From Eledone cirrhosa (taxonomy: Eukaryota), in the NCBI GenBank assembly GCA_964016885.1, contig OZ024741.1, forward strand, positions 87,544,001-87,608,000: DNA of 64,000 nucleotides, read 5' to 3'. Positions within the stretch are counted from its first letter, which is position 1, and every line of letters starts with the position of its first letter. Both the position numbers and the translations under genes were made by a program. The notes under the pieces are model-generated. The model worked only from the letters and a program-made list of their open reading frames with translations, was not told where the DNA came from and made no database searches. This document shows positions 1 to 13,689 of the stretch, piece after piece.

Positions 1-257
1 TGGAACTGCCATGAAGTCAAAGTGATCCCGATTGTCATAGGCGCACTGGGGACTATCTCCAAAAGTTTCCAGGGATGGTTAAAGAAAATCGGCCCCTTCA
101 CGCTTTTTGGAACGCTTCAAAAGGCATGCTTGCTTGGAACAGCAAGAACCCTCCGATACGTCCCGAATATCTGAGGCTGCAGGTAGTGGCTTGATATTCA
201 ATCCAACGGACTTTCCAGTTAACCAACATCAATGACTGAGATTCAAGGAATAACAAC
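1..257 (+). mobile_element. 3' fragment of an R4/Dong-like non-LTR retrotransposon
   Basis: Frame 1 reads WNCHEVKVIPIVIGALGTISK...LQKACLLGTARTLR*, homologous to the C-terminus of the ORF ending at 2418; short 3' UTR then (AAT)n. Confidence 0.8.
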
Positions 258-291
<34 letters not shown>

Positions 292-2418
292 GTTAAGGAG
301 CCAGAAAAGATACCATCATGGCTAGTTAACGGCATTACATTCCTGCTTCCGAAGAATGATGAGACAAACAATCCCAAAAATTACAGACCGATAACGTGCT
401 TGACCACAATATATAAAATTTTAACATCAGTCCTAACTGAATATACATATGACCACCTGATAACAAATGACCTATTTCCCATTGAGCAGAAAGGGTGTAA
501 ACGAGGCTCATATGGCTGTAAGGATCAGCTTTTGGTTAACAAAATTATACTGGAAGATTGTCATAATAGACACAAAAATCTATCGATTGCTTGGATAGAT
601 TATAAAAAAGCATTCGATAGTTTGCCACACAGTTGGATTGAAAAATGTTTAGAGATTTTCAAAATATCCCCCGTTGTCAGGAGGTTTTTGTCATTCAGTA
701 TGAAGACATGGAAAACGACACTCCTTTTGATTAGTGAAACAAAATCACTGGAAGCTGGAGAAGTTAATATTAATTGTGGAATTTTTCAGGGTGACTCTTT
801 ATCACCGCTTTTATTCTGCATCGCACTTATACCATTAAGTAAAATGCTCAATGAAACAAAACATGGATATAAAGTCTATGACAAAGCCATTAATCACTTG
901 TTCTACATGGATGACCTGAAACTATTTGCAAAAAATGATGAACAATTGCAGTTCAGTGATGACATTAAAATGGAGTTTGGACTAGATAAATGCGCCAAAG
1001 CAACGTTCACCAGAGGAAAGCTGCTGAAGAGTTCAGACATTAATCTTGATCGGGGGAACGTGATGAGAGAACTTGATCAAGAAAAAACTTACAAATATCT
1101 AGGTGTTTGTGAAAGAGATGGAATCAAGCACTCGACAATGAGGGAAAGGATAAGGAAGGAATGTTACCGCAGAGTAAGAGCAATCTTAAGAACGGAATTG
1201 AATGCAAGGAATAGGATCGATGCCATAAACACGCTTGCCATACCAGTAGTAACCTACAGTTACAATGTCATCAACTGGTCAAGCACAGAGATCCGTAGGC
1301 TCGATACAAAAATTCGAAAACTCTTAACCATGCACAGAATGCATCACCCTAAGGCAGATATAGATAGAATATATCTCCCTAGGAAAGAAGGAGGACGTGG
1401 GTTAATCCAGTTAGACATTGCGTTGAAAACTGCAACAATTGGATTATCTACATATCTAAGGGAATCACATGATTGGATGATCAAACTCGTTTTGAAACAC
1501 GAAAGCATCAAAAGATCATACTCCATTACAAAAGATGCACATGGACTACACATTCCAGAAGTCCCATTTACTGCTGAAATGGAAAACACAGAAAAAGCAA
1601 AGCAGGTAAAAGTAACTGCAAAGAAAGAACTGCTACAGAAACTGGCTAAGAAATGGCAAGAAAAGCCTCTGTATGGAAAATACCCAGAACGAGCTAACAA
1701 TCCTGATGTTGACAAAACTTTAACCCATCAGTGGTTGGCATCCTCTGGACTGAAATCGGAGACTGAAGGACTGATTATATCAGCACAAGATCAGTGTCTG
1801 CCAACAAAAAATTACCAAGCCAACATAATAAAAAATGGATGCAGCCCATTATGCCGTGTATGCAAAAAACAACCAGAGACCATTGACCATATAATTTCAA
1901 TGTGCAGTCCTATAGCTCCAACCGAATACCTAAACAGGCATGACAGAGTTGCACAATACATACATTGGATAATGTGTAAGCATTTTGACCTGCCCCATCA
2001 AAAGAATTGGTGGGAGCATCAACCACCTCCCATACTTGAAAAAGATCACATCTCAATCTTGTGGAACTTTAGCATCCAAGCAGACCGAAAAATAGATGCA
2101 AATGGACCTGATATAATATTGAAGGACTTTAAAAAGAGGGTATGCCTGCTAATTGATATGTCCGTTCCAATAGACAAGAATGTATCTATAAAAACATTTG
2201 AAAAATTGAGCAAGTATAAGGACCTGGAGATAGAAATTGGAAAAATGTGGAAATTGAGAACTAAAACAATACCAGTGGTTGTAGGCGCTTTGGGAATGAT
2301 ACCTAAGGGGTCTAATGATTACTCATCGCAAATCCCAGGAAACCCGCGTATAGGAGAAATACAAAAGATAGTACTAATGGGAACTGCCCATATACTAAGG
2401 AAGATTCTGTCAATATAA
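232..2418 (+). pseudogene. R4/Dong RT - CCHC finger - restriction-like endonuclease (real homology starts ~291)
   Basis: NYRPITCL, WIDYKKAFDS, GIFQGDSLSP, YMDD, CRVC..ETIDHIISMC, RHD, PDIIL, KLSKY, VVGALG. The N-terminal poly-Ile is the (AAT)n target. Confidence 0.9.
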
Positions 2419-2589
2419 GTACATCACAAGTCTAAACACTAAAGATGCATGTGTGAGTATGTATGTTCTTTCTTGAACATGGCGGACCTTGTTGTCTCTT
2501 GAGGTCACTGGTTGTGACTTGGTGATAACTCGTATGAACATAAAGCAAGATAAATGCAACTGTAAAATTTATATAAAAATAATAATAAT
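291..2589 (+). mobile_element. 5'-truncated R4/Dong-clade non-LTR retrotransposon between (TAA)n tracts
   Basis: Flanked by (AAT)n at 258-290 and TAATAATAA at ~2580; carries the RT+REL ORF. Confidence 0.9.
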
Positions 2590-2893
2590 TATTTCTTCAT
2601 TGGCCACAAGGGCTGACATCAAGAAAAACATTACAGACGGCACAGGACGATAGAGGACGGTACGATGTGGGTTTTGTGCGTGTAAAGATTTTTATTATTT
2701 ATATAAGAAAAGAAAAAAAAAGACATAGAAACATATATATATATAAACAATAAAAATTAAAATTGAAACAATGAAAAATTCCCCAATAGGGGGGAAACCT
2801 CCGAGGGTTACTCGTGGCGAAAACCACACAAAAGACCACGGCCACCCTGACCACCAGGGCAAGCACCCTCTCTCAATTTTTCCATTTCTCAAA

Positions 2894-5800
2894 CTACAGG
2901 CGTATATTTCGAGTGGTCCCGTTCACTCGGACTATTCTCGCTACATTCACCCATCTTTCAACAAACTTGCTAGAAGGCAGCACTTCCCTCTCCACCCTGA
3001 TTTTCCTCTTCAAGTGAAACTTGAAAAAGTTAATTAGGGATTCGCCGAACAGGAAAGTGTCTGTCTTTAACCCTTTCAACCTTGTCCACCACACAATCTC
3101 TTTCGCCATGGCCACCAGGCAGATGTAAACCGTCTGCCCTTCCTCCTCGAAGGAAGACGGCGAGACCATCTGCACAATGGACTCAGTCAATAACCGGATC
3201 AGTCCTACACGCGACAGCAACTGTTCGACAGAGCTCCACAAGTCAGTAATGCTCGAGCACTGAACGAGTGCGTGTACGACGGTTTCGTCGCTCTGCGCGC
3301 ATCTCGGACAGGCTCGGCTGACGGGACTTCCGTGCCTGTAGAGCTTATCTCGAACCGGCAACGCTCCTCGGTAGCACTGCCAGGCCAGGGATTTTTGGAA
3401 GTTATCCATAGGCCCTGGGATGAGAGTTCTCTGGAAGAGAGCAAACAGCTGATCTTCTTCGACGCCCAGGATCTCTCCGAGAACGTCGTCACTCTTCCCC
3501 TCCACTAGTCCTCTATAGAACGCCGAGGTGGATGTTCCACCGATAAAGGTGCCCAGCTGGCAGAGGGCAGTTGAGCGTCTGGAGACATTCCAGTTTCCAA
3601 GCGCTATTCCTCGGTCTTTTCCTGACTCAGGACTGCAGCTCCGTCAAGGAGACGAGCTGTGGGAAAACGTGCCTGGCGAAGGAAACACCAGAGATGTCGC
3701 AGCATGTTTGAGCATCATAAGCCATGGCATGCCCAGTGCTCCACGCAATGGGTGTTGATAGCAGATGGATCGTCTGACCATGAGAGCGCGTCCCTTCCAC
3801 AAAAAGCGGAAGAGGAGGCGCTCCATTTTGGTGAGAGTTGGGCCGGGGCAAGAGACGACGGTCAGGCGGTAGCAGATGACGGATGCGATGTACGCATTCA
3901 CCAGCTCCGCCCGGCCTTTTATGGACAGCTTCCTCTCGGCCCATTTCTGGGTGAGGGAGGCCACCTTGCTCGTCACCCCGCTCCAGTTTTTCTCCATCTG
4001 GAGGTCCGGTCCGAACCAGACCCCGAGCAATTTAACCGGTCCGTCCGTCCAACGCCCCACGACGCTGTCGGACGGCATGGACTTGCCTCTCCAGGTGCCG
4101 AGCTGCAATCCTACCGACTTTTCCTGGTTTATCTTTGCTCCTGTCACCGCTTCGTATTCCTTGAGAGCGGTGCCGAGCATGTGGACGTGTCTAGTGCTCG
4201 ACACCACCACGGTGACGTCGTCGGCGTAAGCCGACTCGGATTTCCCGCATCCTAGTTCGCGTGGGACGCCCCTCATCACCCCCAGTTTGTGCAGTAACGA
4301 CGCGAGAGCCAATACGTACAAGAGGGACGAGAGGGGACAACCGTAGCGGACCGAGCGCATGATGCTGAACGGCTGGGACAGGTGACCGTTCAACCTCACA
4401 ACTGAGCAGATGTCGCTGTACATTGCAGCGATCCAACCCCTAAAAACGGGCCCGAAACCGGCTGCCACGTGAACCGCCGCCAGGTACCGATGGTCGACCC
4501 TATCGAATGCTTTAGATTGATCCAAGTTGATCAGCGCCCTACCAGTGCCAGGTTCCTTAACCACCCTCTCTATGATCTATCGCATGAGATGGAGCTTGTC
4601 GTGTATGGATCTGTCCGGAATGGCGCATGTCTGCGCCTTCCCACCAGACCCTTGACGACAAGCGCCAACCTTGTTGCTAACACCTTGGCCAAAATCTTGA
4701 ACTCTGCGTTTAGCAGGGTTATGGGCTTGAAATTATCGATAACATCCCCCTTGTTCGGGTCTTTTCTCAGCAGCGCCACCGCTCCCCGGCTCACAAAACT
4801 GGGAATGCTCCCGTTCTGCTGCTAGTTGCAGTAGACGTCTGCCAAGAGGTCACCGAACAAGTCTGACATAAATGCATAAAGCTGGTAGGGTAGACCATCC
4901 AAACCTGGCGATTTACCCATCGTGCAGTTAGCCATCGCTTCCCGTATTTCACTGGCTGTTATTGGCTTTTCGCAACACTGTGCTGCGTTGCGGTCGTCGA
5001 GAGCCGAGGCAGTCCGTCGAGGTATGCACTGAAGTCCATGCCCCAATTCGGCCCGCCGCTGCTCCCGAACAGTTCAGCAAAGTGCTGCTGAAAAGCTTCA
5101 CACATCTGCTAGGGTTCGAGCAACACGCACCCGTTTTGGTGATTCAAAGACCGAATTGTGGCTTTGTTGCCACGTCGCGCGTCTGCCACCCGGGCCCATC
5201 GGACGGCTTTTGTCCCCTCGTGTTTCAGAGCACGCGCTCTAGCTCTGACAATGCAGCATTCGCGTTTTGCGTTGAAGAATTGGTCGAGTGCCAATCTCGC
5301 CGCAAGCAAGTCGGTTGCGATGCCTGTTCTAAACGCTTCTTATAGCTTTCTGACTAGCTCTCCCTCTACTCTATTTTCCTCTATCACTAGTCCTTTTCTA
5401 AACCTAATCGACTCTACTTTAATTGCCCTTTTCAGGGCGAACCACCACCTGTTGTTGACGACCGCTCCCGTCAACGCCCGCTTAACTAATACGCTAATCT
5501 GGTCTCTGTAGGCTTTGCGCACCGGGAAAGACGCGTTTAGCTTCCAGTAACCGGGCCCTTGTCTATGAAGTATGTCTATGTCGATCTCACAGATCACAAA
5601 TTTGTGGTCTGTGTAGTCGACTATTTTAAATTGTGGACAACTTATACTAGCCTTATCTAGTTCTCTGCAGAATACCCTATCGAGATAAGATCTAGATGAC
5701 CCGATGCCGTTTGTCCATGTCCACATTGGCATATTCGGGTGATCCAGTCGATACCTGTCAGATAGTTCAAAACGTCTGAGCAGGTTGCATCCTCCTACCC

Positions 5801-6275
5801 TATCCACTAGCCCCACACAATCCCAGCGTGCATCCAAGATACCGTTCCAGTCGCCCACTAACACTAAAGAGCGGGGTGTTCCAAGAAAGGTCTCTAGACG
5901 TCTGAAGAAATCTGACCGTCCTGCCCCAGTTGGGGCGTAGACGGCTACTAGCCTGAGAGCATTGCCTTCGCTGCCGGTCACGTCCAGCACCACCGACTTA
6001 CCTTCTGGATCCAGGAAGATGACCCGTATGGCGAGATCCAAGCTTCTCCGAAAAAGGACGGCAACCCCCCCCCCCCCCGATCCTGGACGGGTGGGAGATG
6101 CGTATACATCGTAGCCGCCGAAGATCGGTGCGAAGGCTCGTGCTTCGGAGATTCTGGTCTCACTGATGGCCACCACATCTATGTTTAGTGACCTGAGGTC
6201 GTTGAGAAGGTGACCCTGCTTCCAAGATGACCCCGTGCCATGTGCATTTATACTGCCTATTCTAAGTACGGCCAT
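2894..6275 (-). pseudogene. Tx1 ORF2 (APE + RT + C-terminal zinc finger), frameshifted
   Basis: IGSINAHG, ISET, VYAP, GDWN, SYLDRV, TDH, GPGYWKLN; KSPGLDG, FKPITLLN, DQSKAFDRVDH, GCPLS, YADD; CPRC..ETVVHALVQC. Confidence 0.9.
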
Positions 6276-6307
6276 GTTGGATGAGAAACGGGGAAAGTGA
6301 GAAAGGG

Positions 6308-8324
6308 TCACTTACCTTGATCGTTTGGTAAAGGGACAGTTGAACCGTCCCTTTGGCTGGTCATGGGTGTTTCCAAGAGGATGACAGTGTATATCCTCTT
6401 GGTAACTGACCCTCTGAAGTCTCCAACTGCGTTGGGGAATTTTTGTTTTAAAAGTTTGTACTGTTCTATTTTGATATCAATGATGTTTATGTTTGTCGGG
6501 AGAGTTCTTGGTGTTGGTGGGGTGTAGTAGTTTTTTTCTGTGATGTCTGTGTGCTGCTTTATATATTGTATGAGTTCTTTATTTGCCATGTTTATGGCTG
6601 TGTACTTTTTTGGGGGGGGAGGGTGATTTTGTTGCTGTTTTCTTCTTGTTGCTGTTTGGTGTGTGTGTTTTGTTTTGTTTGCGTTGTTGGTGTTTTTGGT
6701 GATGGTGGTGGTGGTGTGATTGTTGTTGGCGGTGGTGCTTGTGGTGGTGATGGTGATGGTGGTGGTGTTGTTTCAAGTTTCCTTGCTGCCTTTACCCCTC
6801 TTCGTGTGCCTTCGCTTTTGGAGGGTGAAGCTAAGGGGTTTTTCCTTTTTTGTTTTTTGTGGCAGACCGTTTGCCACTTCACTCCCGCCTCAAACTCCAT
6901 GTCGGATTCCGTGGCGTCTGGGAGGGGTACGTGCTCCACGGCTGTTCGTGGTGGTAGTGGAGCCCTGTCCGGCAATTTTGTTGCTGGTGCAGCTACTGCA
7001 AATGTAGCTATTGGTGTTGCCGCCACTGATGCTGCTGCTTTAGTTTTCATTGGCCTTAGTACGGGTGCCATGGACGTTTCCCTCCTAATCACCGTGGAAG
7101 GGGCTTCTGTGTTTGTTGCCTGCCCTGCTCTTGGTAGCAGCGGACCAGGTATTGGAAGGAGAGGGGTCTTCTTCTTCGCTGTCTTCTGCGGGCAAAAGGC
7201 CCTGAGGTGACTCTTTGACCCACAGAGATCACATTTTGGCCGTCTTCCTTCTACGCTTATAGGGAGTTGGAGTCCTTCCTCGATGTCTATGATATCGGGG
7301 ATAGCGTCGATACATTCCTGGTCAGTTTGTATAAGCATTTGCATGCCTATACCTGACCAGTTCTCTCTCCCTATTTTCTCTACTTGCGGCATGGTCGTCC
7401 AGTCCTCGATTCCAGCAAGGACAGAAGCGACCAAGGTATGGGCACGTCGGGTGGGACCTGGGTCACTTTGACCCTCACAATTTTCTGCCCGCAGTAGGAG
7501 GGCACCAAGACTATCTCCTCACTCTTTAGGGTTTCCAAAGAGTGAGACTTCGCTTCTTGGGGGGGGGGGGGAGTACGTCTACTGTGGCGTACTTTCTGCC
7601 TCGGGTGATGTGGGTTTTGCGTGCCCAGACTCACCCCAAGGCCTTTGGGATTTGAGCCTCCGTAGCTCTCTCCACCCGATGTGACATTTTGGTTACGGTC
7701 CGGTAAGTCACGGTCCGTAGCTGCTGGTTCTTGAAAAAATCGGGTGGAGGTTTCAGGGAGACTCTATTGGCGCTTCTTGTCACCATGGCCCTTGCGACTG
7801 CCATTTCTTCCTCTGTGACTAACACTGTTTCGATATTTCGGGCGACACCTGCAAAAGAAGTGGTCCCTTTTTCAGCAGCACCACTATTGCTGCCGCTACT
7901 GGTCTTACTGGTGGTGCTGAGATCGCTGTTACAGGTATCGGTGTCATTGTTGTTGTTTTCGTTGGTTCAGTTGTTGGTGTTGTTGTTGTTGTTTTCGTTG
8001 ATACTGTTGTTACTGTTATTGTGGCTGTTGTTTTTGTTGATACTGTTCCTACTAGTATTGTTGTTGTGGCTGTTGTTATTGTCGTTCTCGACCTAACCGC
8101 TGTTATTTTTGTTGTTGTCGTTCTCGACTTTACCGCTGTTATTTTTGTTGTTGCTGTTGTTATTGATGGTGTTGTTGTTGGTGTTATTGTTGGTGTTGTT
8201 TGTGTTAGAAATATTTGGTAATTTTAAATCTGTAACAATATCATTAAAAATGATATTGCTCCTCTTTTCCTTCGTAATATTTTCGTTTATATTTACCTCC
8301 GCTGGAACGCTGTCTTGTTGACAT
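6308..8324 (-). pseudogene. Tx1 ORF1 (gag-like, CCHC knuckle), frameshifted
   Basis: EGRRPKCDLCGSKSHLRAFCP knuckle; homologous to the ORF at 12167-13315. Confidence 0.8.
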
Positions 8325-8613
8325 GCTGATAAAGTCTCCCTCTCTCTGTGTTGTCTGACAGCGCTCTCTCTCTCTTTCTTGTGTTATCCATGTTGAAATT
8401 CTTTTTTTTTTTTTTATTATTTTTACACAAATACGACACCCCGTAAATGGGTGCTGTATTATTTACGAGTGAACCCTTGTATTTGGTGGGTCACTTCTAA
8501 ACTTTTCTCAAATTTAAAACTTGAATAAAAGGTTTAAAACGGTTGAAAACGAGGTAAAAGTTGAAAAAAACTGGAGGCGATAAGAAGCGTGACTTCACCA
8601 ACAATAATAAAAC

Positions 8614-8653
<40 letters not shown>

Positions 8654-8912
8654 TTAATAATAATAATGTTTTCTTTATTAACCACAAGGGTTAACATAAA
8701 GTAGACATTAAGGACAGTACAGGACAATACAGGACGGTACATATGGGCATTTCTGCTTGTAAAAAAAACAGAGGATGTAATAAAAATAACAATGAAAAAT
8801 TCCCCAATAGGGGGGAGACTTCCGAGGGACATTTGTGGAGAAAGCCCATTAAAAAACCACAGTGACCCTGACCACCAGGGCAAGTGCCCTCTCCTAGTTT
8901 TCCACCTTTAAT

Positions 8913-11350
8913 TTACAGACACATACTCAGAGAAGGCCCATTCACTCGGGCCATACTTGCTTCTCTCACCCATCTTTCAACAAAATGCTGGGAAGAGAGC
9001 ACTTCTCTCTCTACCCTGATTTTCCTTTTCAAATGAAATTTGAAAAAGTTAATCAGGGTATCACCGAAGAGGTAAGTGTTCGTCTTCAGTCCTTTCAAAC
9101 GTGTCCACCTTACTATCTCTTTCGCCATGACCACCAGACAGATAAAGACTGCCTGCCCTTCCCGGCTAAAGGAAGAGGGCGGGGCAATCCTCACGATGGA
9201 CTCAGATGATAGCCGGATCCGTCCTACACTCGACAGCAGGTGTTCGACATAAACCCACAAGTCAGCAATGCTCTGACACTGGACGAGTGCATGCAGGACG
9301 GTTTCGTCTCCCTGCGCGCATCTCGGACATGCCCGCTGACGGCACCTCCATGCCTGTAGAGTTTATCCCGAACTGGCAAAGCTCCTCGGTAGCACTGCCA
9401 GGCCAGGGATTTCTGGAAGTTGTCCATAGGGCCCGGACCGAAAGTTCTTCCAAAGAGATTGGCTAGTTGATTTTCGTCGACGTCTAGAGTTTCCCCAAGT
9501 ACGTCGTCGCTCTTTCCTTCCACTAATCCTCTATAGAATGCCGAGGTGGAGTTTCCACCGATCACATTGCCCGATTGGTAGAGGGCTGTGCGCGCCTGAA
9601 GACATTCCAGTCTCCAAGCGCTCCCTCTCGGTCTTCGCTTGACCAGGACTGCAGCTCCGTCAAGGAAACGAGCTGGGGAAATACGTGTCTAGCAAACGCC
9701 GACCACACCTGATCACCGTCGAGGAAGAGGTGGAGATGTCGTAGCCTGAGCGCGTGTCTGCGCATCATCAGCCACGGCATGCCCAGCCCTCCATGTAGCG
9801 GGTGTTGACAACAGATGGACCGCCTGACCATCGGAGCGCGTCCCTTCCACAAAAAGCGAAAGAGCAAGCGCTCCAGTGCAGTCAGGCGGGGCATAGGACA
9901 AGGTACGACGGTGAGGCGGTAGTAGATGACGGACGTGATGTATGCGTTAGCCACCTCCGCTCGACCTTTCAGGGATAGCTTCCTCTCGGCCCATTTCTGG
10001 GCGAGAGAAGCCGCCCTGCTCGTCACCTCGTCCCAGTTTTTGTCCGTCTGGAGGTCCGGACCGAACCAGACCCTAGCAATTTAACCGGTCCGTCCAGCAC
10101 CCGACGACGTTGTTGGACGGCATGGACCTGCCTCTCCAGGTGCCGAGCTGCAGGCTCACTGACTTTTCCTGTTTGATCATTGCTCCTGTCACCGCTTCGT
10201 ATTCTCTTAGTGTAGTGCCGATCGCCTCGATGTGTTTGGCGTTCGACACCACTACGGTGACATCGTCCGCATATGCTGACACGGATCTTCTGAATCCTGG
10301 TTCGCGCGGGACGCCCCCCCCCCCCCCCCTCAACGTTTCCAGTTTGTGCAGTAATGGCTCGAGAGTCAATACGTACAAGAGGGGACATCTTTGGTGATGC
10401 CTTTGCTAAGCGCCTCGTCTAATTCTCTAACTAGTTTTCGCTCTGCTCCATTTTTCTCTATTGCTAAAGCCTTACTAAACCTAATGGACTATATTCTAAT
10501 CGCTCTTTTCAGAGCAAACCACCACTTGTTGTTAACGATGGCCCCCGTCAACGCCCGCTTAACTAGTTCGCTAATCCGGTCTCTGTAGGCCTTGCGCGCT
10601 AGTAAGGACGCGTTTAGCTTCCAGTAGCCGGGTCCTCGTCTATGAAGCCTATCTAAGTCAAGCACACAGATCACGAATTTGTGGTCCATGTAGCTGACTA
10701 TCTTGAATTGTGGACAGCCTATCTATTTCCCTACAAAATACTCTATCTAGATATGATCTGGATGACCCTATGCGATTTGTCCAAGTCCACATTGGCACAT
10801 TCGGGAAATCCAATCGGTACCTGTCAGACAGTTGAAAACGCCTGAGCAGGTTGGTGAGGCTCTTGCACCCTCCTCCCCTATCCGCTAATCCCACACAGTC
10901 CCAGCGTGCATCTAAGATCCCGTTCCAGTCGCCCACTAACACTAAAGAGCGGGACGTTCCAAGAAAGGTCTCCAGACGCCGGAAGAAATCAGGCCGCCCT
11001 GCTCCTGTCGGGGCATAGACAGCCACTAGCCTGAAAGCTTGCCCGTCTCCGTTGGTCACGTCCAGCACCACCAACTTACCTTCTGGGTCCAGGAAGATGG
11101 CCCGTATGGCGAGATCCAAACCTATCCGAAAAAGCACAGCAACTCCGCCTCCCGATCCAGGACGGCTGGGAGATGCGTACACATCGTAGCCGCCGAAGAT
11201 CGGTGCGAAGGCCCGTGCTTCGGAGATTCTGGTCTCGCTGATGGCCACTACATCTATGTTTAGTGACTTGAGGTCATTGAGCAGGTGTCCCTGCTTCCAT
11301 GACGACCCCAAGCCACGCGCATTTATGCTGCCTATTCTGAGTGAGGTCAT
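8913..11350 (-). pseudogene. Tx1 ORF2 copy B, lacking the N-terminal half of RT
   Basis: APE at 10658-11350; at ~10390 the linker joins directly to the PLLYVL/YADD region. Confidence 0.85.
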
Positions 11351-11384
11351 GTTGAAATGGAGTGGGAATGATGGGAAAGACCAC

Positions 11385-13440
11385 TTACCTTACTTCTCGT
11401 AGAGGAAGGATGGTTTCTCCATCCTTTTCACTGCTTGTGACCTCCTCCGGAAGGATGTCCTTATAAATCCTCCTGGAGAGTGCTTGTCGGAAGTCTCCGA
11501 TGTCTTTGGGGAATTTATGTTTTAGTGTCGTGTACGTTGTCTGTGTGATGCGAGTGATTTGTATGTGTGGAGGTCGTGCGAACTTTTGGGTTGTTGTGTA
11601 GTATTTTTCTGTGATGCTAGTGTTGTGTTGGATGTAGTGTAATAATTGGTTGTTGTTCAAATTTAATTGTTTCTACTTTAGGCACAAGGCCAGCAATTAC
11701 CCAGTGCATTACTGGTACTTTATTTTATCGACCCCGTAAGGATGAAAGGCAAAGTCAACCTCAGCGGGATTTGAACTCTACAAATTTAATGCTGTGTAGT
11801 GTGTATCGTTTTGGTTGTTTTGTTTTGTTTGCGTTTGTTGTGGGTTTGTTTCTGTTTCGCTTTTTGGTGACTTTTGTGGTGTTGGTGATGGTGGTGTTGG
11901 GGTTAATGATGGTGAGGGTGTTGGTGTTTGTGGTGATGGGGTTGGTGATGCTGGTGTGGATGGTGGCATATCTGTCCTAACTTTTTTGTTTGATAGTTTA
12001 TTTGTTTCCCTCTGTATTTTGTTTTTGGATGGGAGGGAAGAGAATTTTTTCTTTTTTGGTTTCTTTTTTTCTTTTTTCCTGATACCGTTTCCCACTCCTC
12101 GTCGTCACAATCTGTCTCCAGTTGTGATAGGCCGGGGAGTAGAAAATCCTCCACAGGCGTTGGTTTTTATTGTTGCGTGGTGGATGGTGTAGGCGCTGGT
12201 GCTAGTTCTGGCGCGTTGGGTGGTGGTGGTGTTGGTTTTGCTACTGTTGCTAGGGTTGTTGCTGTTACAGTTGCTTCTGTTGTTGCTGCTACAGTTGTTG
12301 CTGCCATCTCTGCTGCTGGTGGTGTTGATGATTGAGTCACTGGGGTGGGTAAGAGAGGTGGCTTCAACCTTTTAGCCTGAGGGCAGAAAGCCCTTAGGTG
12401 TATTCCTTCACCACAAACGACACACCTAGGCCTTCTGCCCTCGACGATTACTGTGAGGTGGCTGCCGTCAGTGAGGTCTATTACCTCTGGGATCTCCTCA
12501 ATGCTTTTTTGGTCCGCTTGGATCAGGAGCTCCATCCCAGATCCGGACCATCTCTTCTGCTTTTCTTTCGCTATTTCGATTATCTTGGTGGTGGCCTCGA
12601 TGTCGGCGAGGACGGCAGCTATTAGCCAGGGAATTTCGATGGCCGGTGGAACGTGGGTCACCCTGATCTTCACGAGTCTCTGGCCACAATAGCTTGGGAG
12701 GAGTGTGAAGTTGTCACTTCTGAATGGGGCCATGGAGTGTTCTCTGGCCTCCTGTGGTGTTTCAAAGAAAACGTCCACGGTTCCATATTTCTGCCCACGT
12801 AGGGGGTTTTTTGCCCACACATGTCCCAAAGCTTTTTGGATTTGGGACTCGGATGCCCGTTCCACTCGGCGCGATTTTATGTTAATCGTCCGATAAGACA
12901 CGGTGCATAGGCGCCGATGCTCCATTTTATTAGGTGGGGGTGGGGGTGGGGGGCTGACCCTGTACCCATCTTTCTTTACCATTCTTTTGGCTTCTTCTAA
13001 TTCCTCCTGAGTTACCTGGATCGCTTCGTACGTTTTTGCTACTCTCGCAAAAGACAGGGTAATTTTCTTAATTTCATTGTTGCTGTTGTTGTTATCGTTA
13101 TTTTTGTTATTGTTAATTTTAGTTTCAGTTGTGGTGGTGGTGGCGTCAGTGGTGTTCGGTCTGGAAGAGTTCATTTTGGTTGAATTCATTTCGATATCAC
13201 GAGTTAATTTATTTTTTTCTTTTGTTTCTGTTGTCGCTGTGGTGGTGGTGGGGGTGGCGGCTTTAACACCTGCAGTAATTGGTAATGGCGGGAAATGAAT
13301 GTCTGCCTGAGACAAATTTAAAATATTGCTACTGCTTATATTTTTAGTGTTGGCAAACGTAGTAATATTTACAATGGTGGTGTCGGTGTTAGTTTGTGAG
13401 GAAGGCTCTCAGCTACTGGGTTCAGCTGTGAGTCGGCCAT
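11385..13440 (-). pseudogene. Tx1 ORF1 copy B
   Basis: EGRRPRCVVCGEGIHLRAFCP knuckle, Pro/Thr-rich linker, conserved C-terminal domain. Confidence 0.8.
11668..11780 (-). mobile_element. 5'-truncated tRNA-derived SINE with 10-bp TSD inside Tx1 ORF1
   Basis: TSD CAAATTTAAT at 11658-11667 and 11781-11790; B-box GAGTTCAAATCC and central TTTGCCTTTCATCCT...GGGTCGATAAAAT..AGTACCAG (Meta-domain-like, from recall). Confidence 0.85.
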
Positions 13441-13655
13441 GATTTTTCAAAGAAATATTTATTTTTTGATAATTATAAAAGTTTAAATTTTGGGCTCAAG
13501 GCCCCAATCTTTTTGAGTGTCCTTTTTAGAAAACAATGTATGTGCACTTATATACAGTTAACAATAAAAATTTTCCATAAATGCCAATTTTAAACAACTG
13601 AAAATAACAAACCTTTGCGGAGCTCACGATAATACGATTTACTACGTAGGTCGCC

Positions 13656-13688
<33 letters not shown>

Positions 13689-13689
<1 letters not shown>

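Larger units (their letters stand above)
2592..8602 (-). mobile_element. Near full-length, disrupted Tx1/L1-clade non-LTR retrotransposon (copy A)
   Basis: 5' UTR from ~8602, ORF1 with zinc knuckle, ORF2 APE-RT-CCHC, 3' end CCCTTGTGGCCAATGAAGAAA followed by TTA repeats; both flanks (TAA)n. Confidence 0.9.
8669..13657 (-). mobile_element. Tx1-clade element copy B (divergent subfamily) with internal ORF2 deletion and a SINE insertion
   Basis: Same architecture as copy A; flanked by (AAT)n at ~8610-8665 and 13657-13688. Confidence 0.9.

Noticed and set aside
6308-6589. Separate third ORF in Tx1
   Set aside because: Copy B shows it is in frame with upstream ORF1 sequence; a homopolymer frameshift (A) and a SINE (B) explain the breaks.
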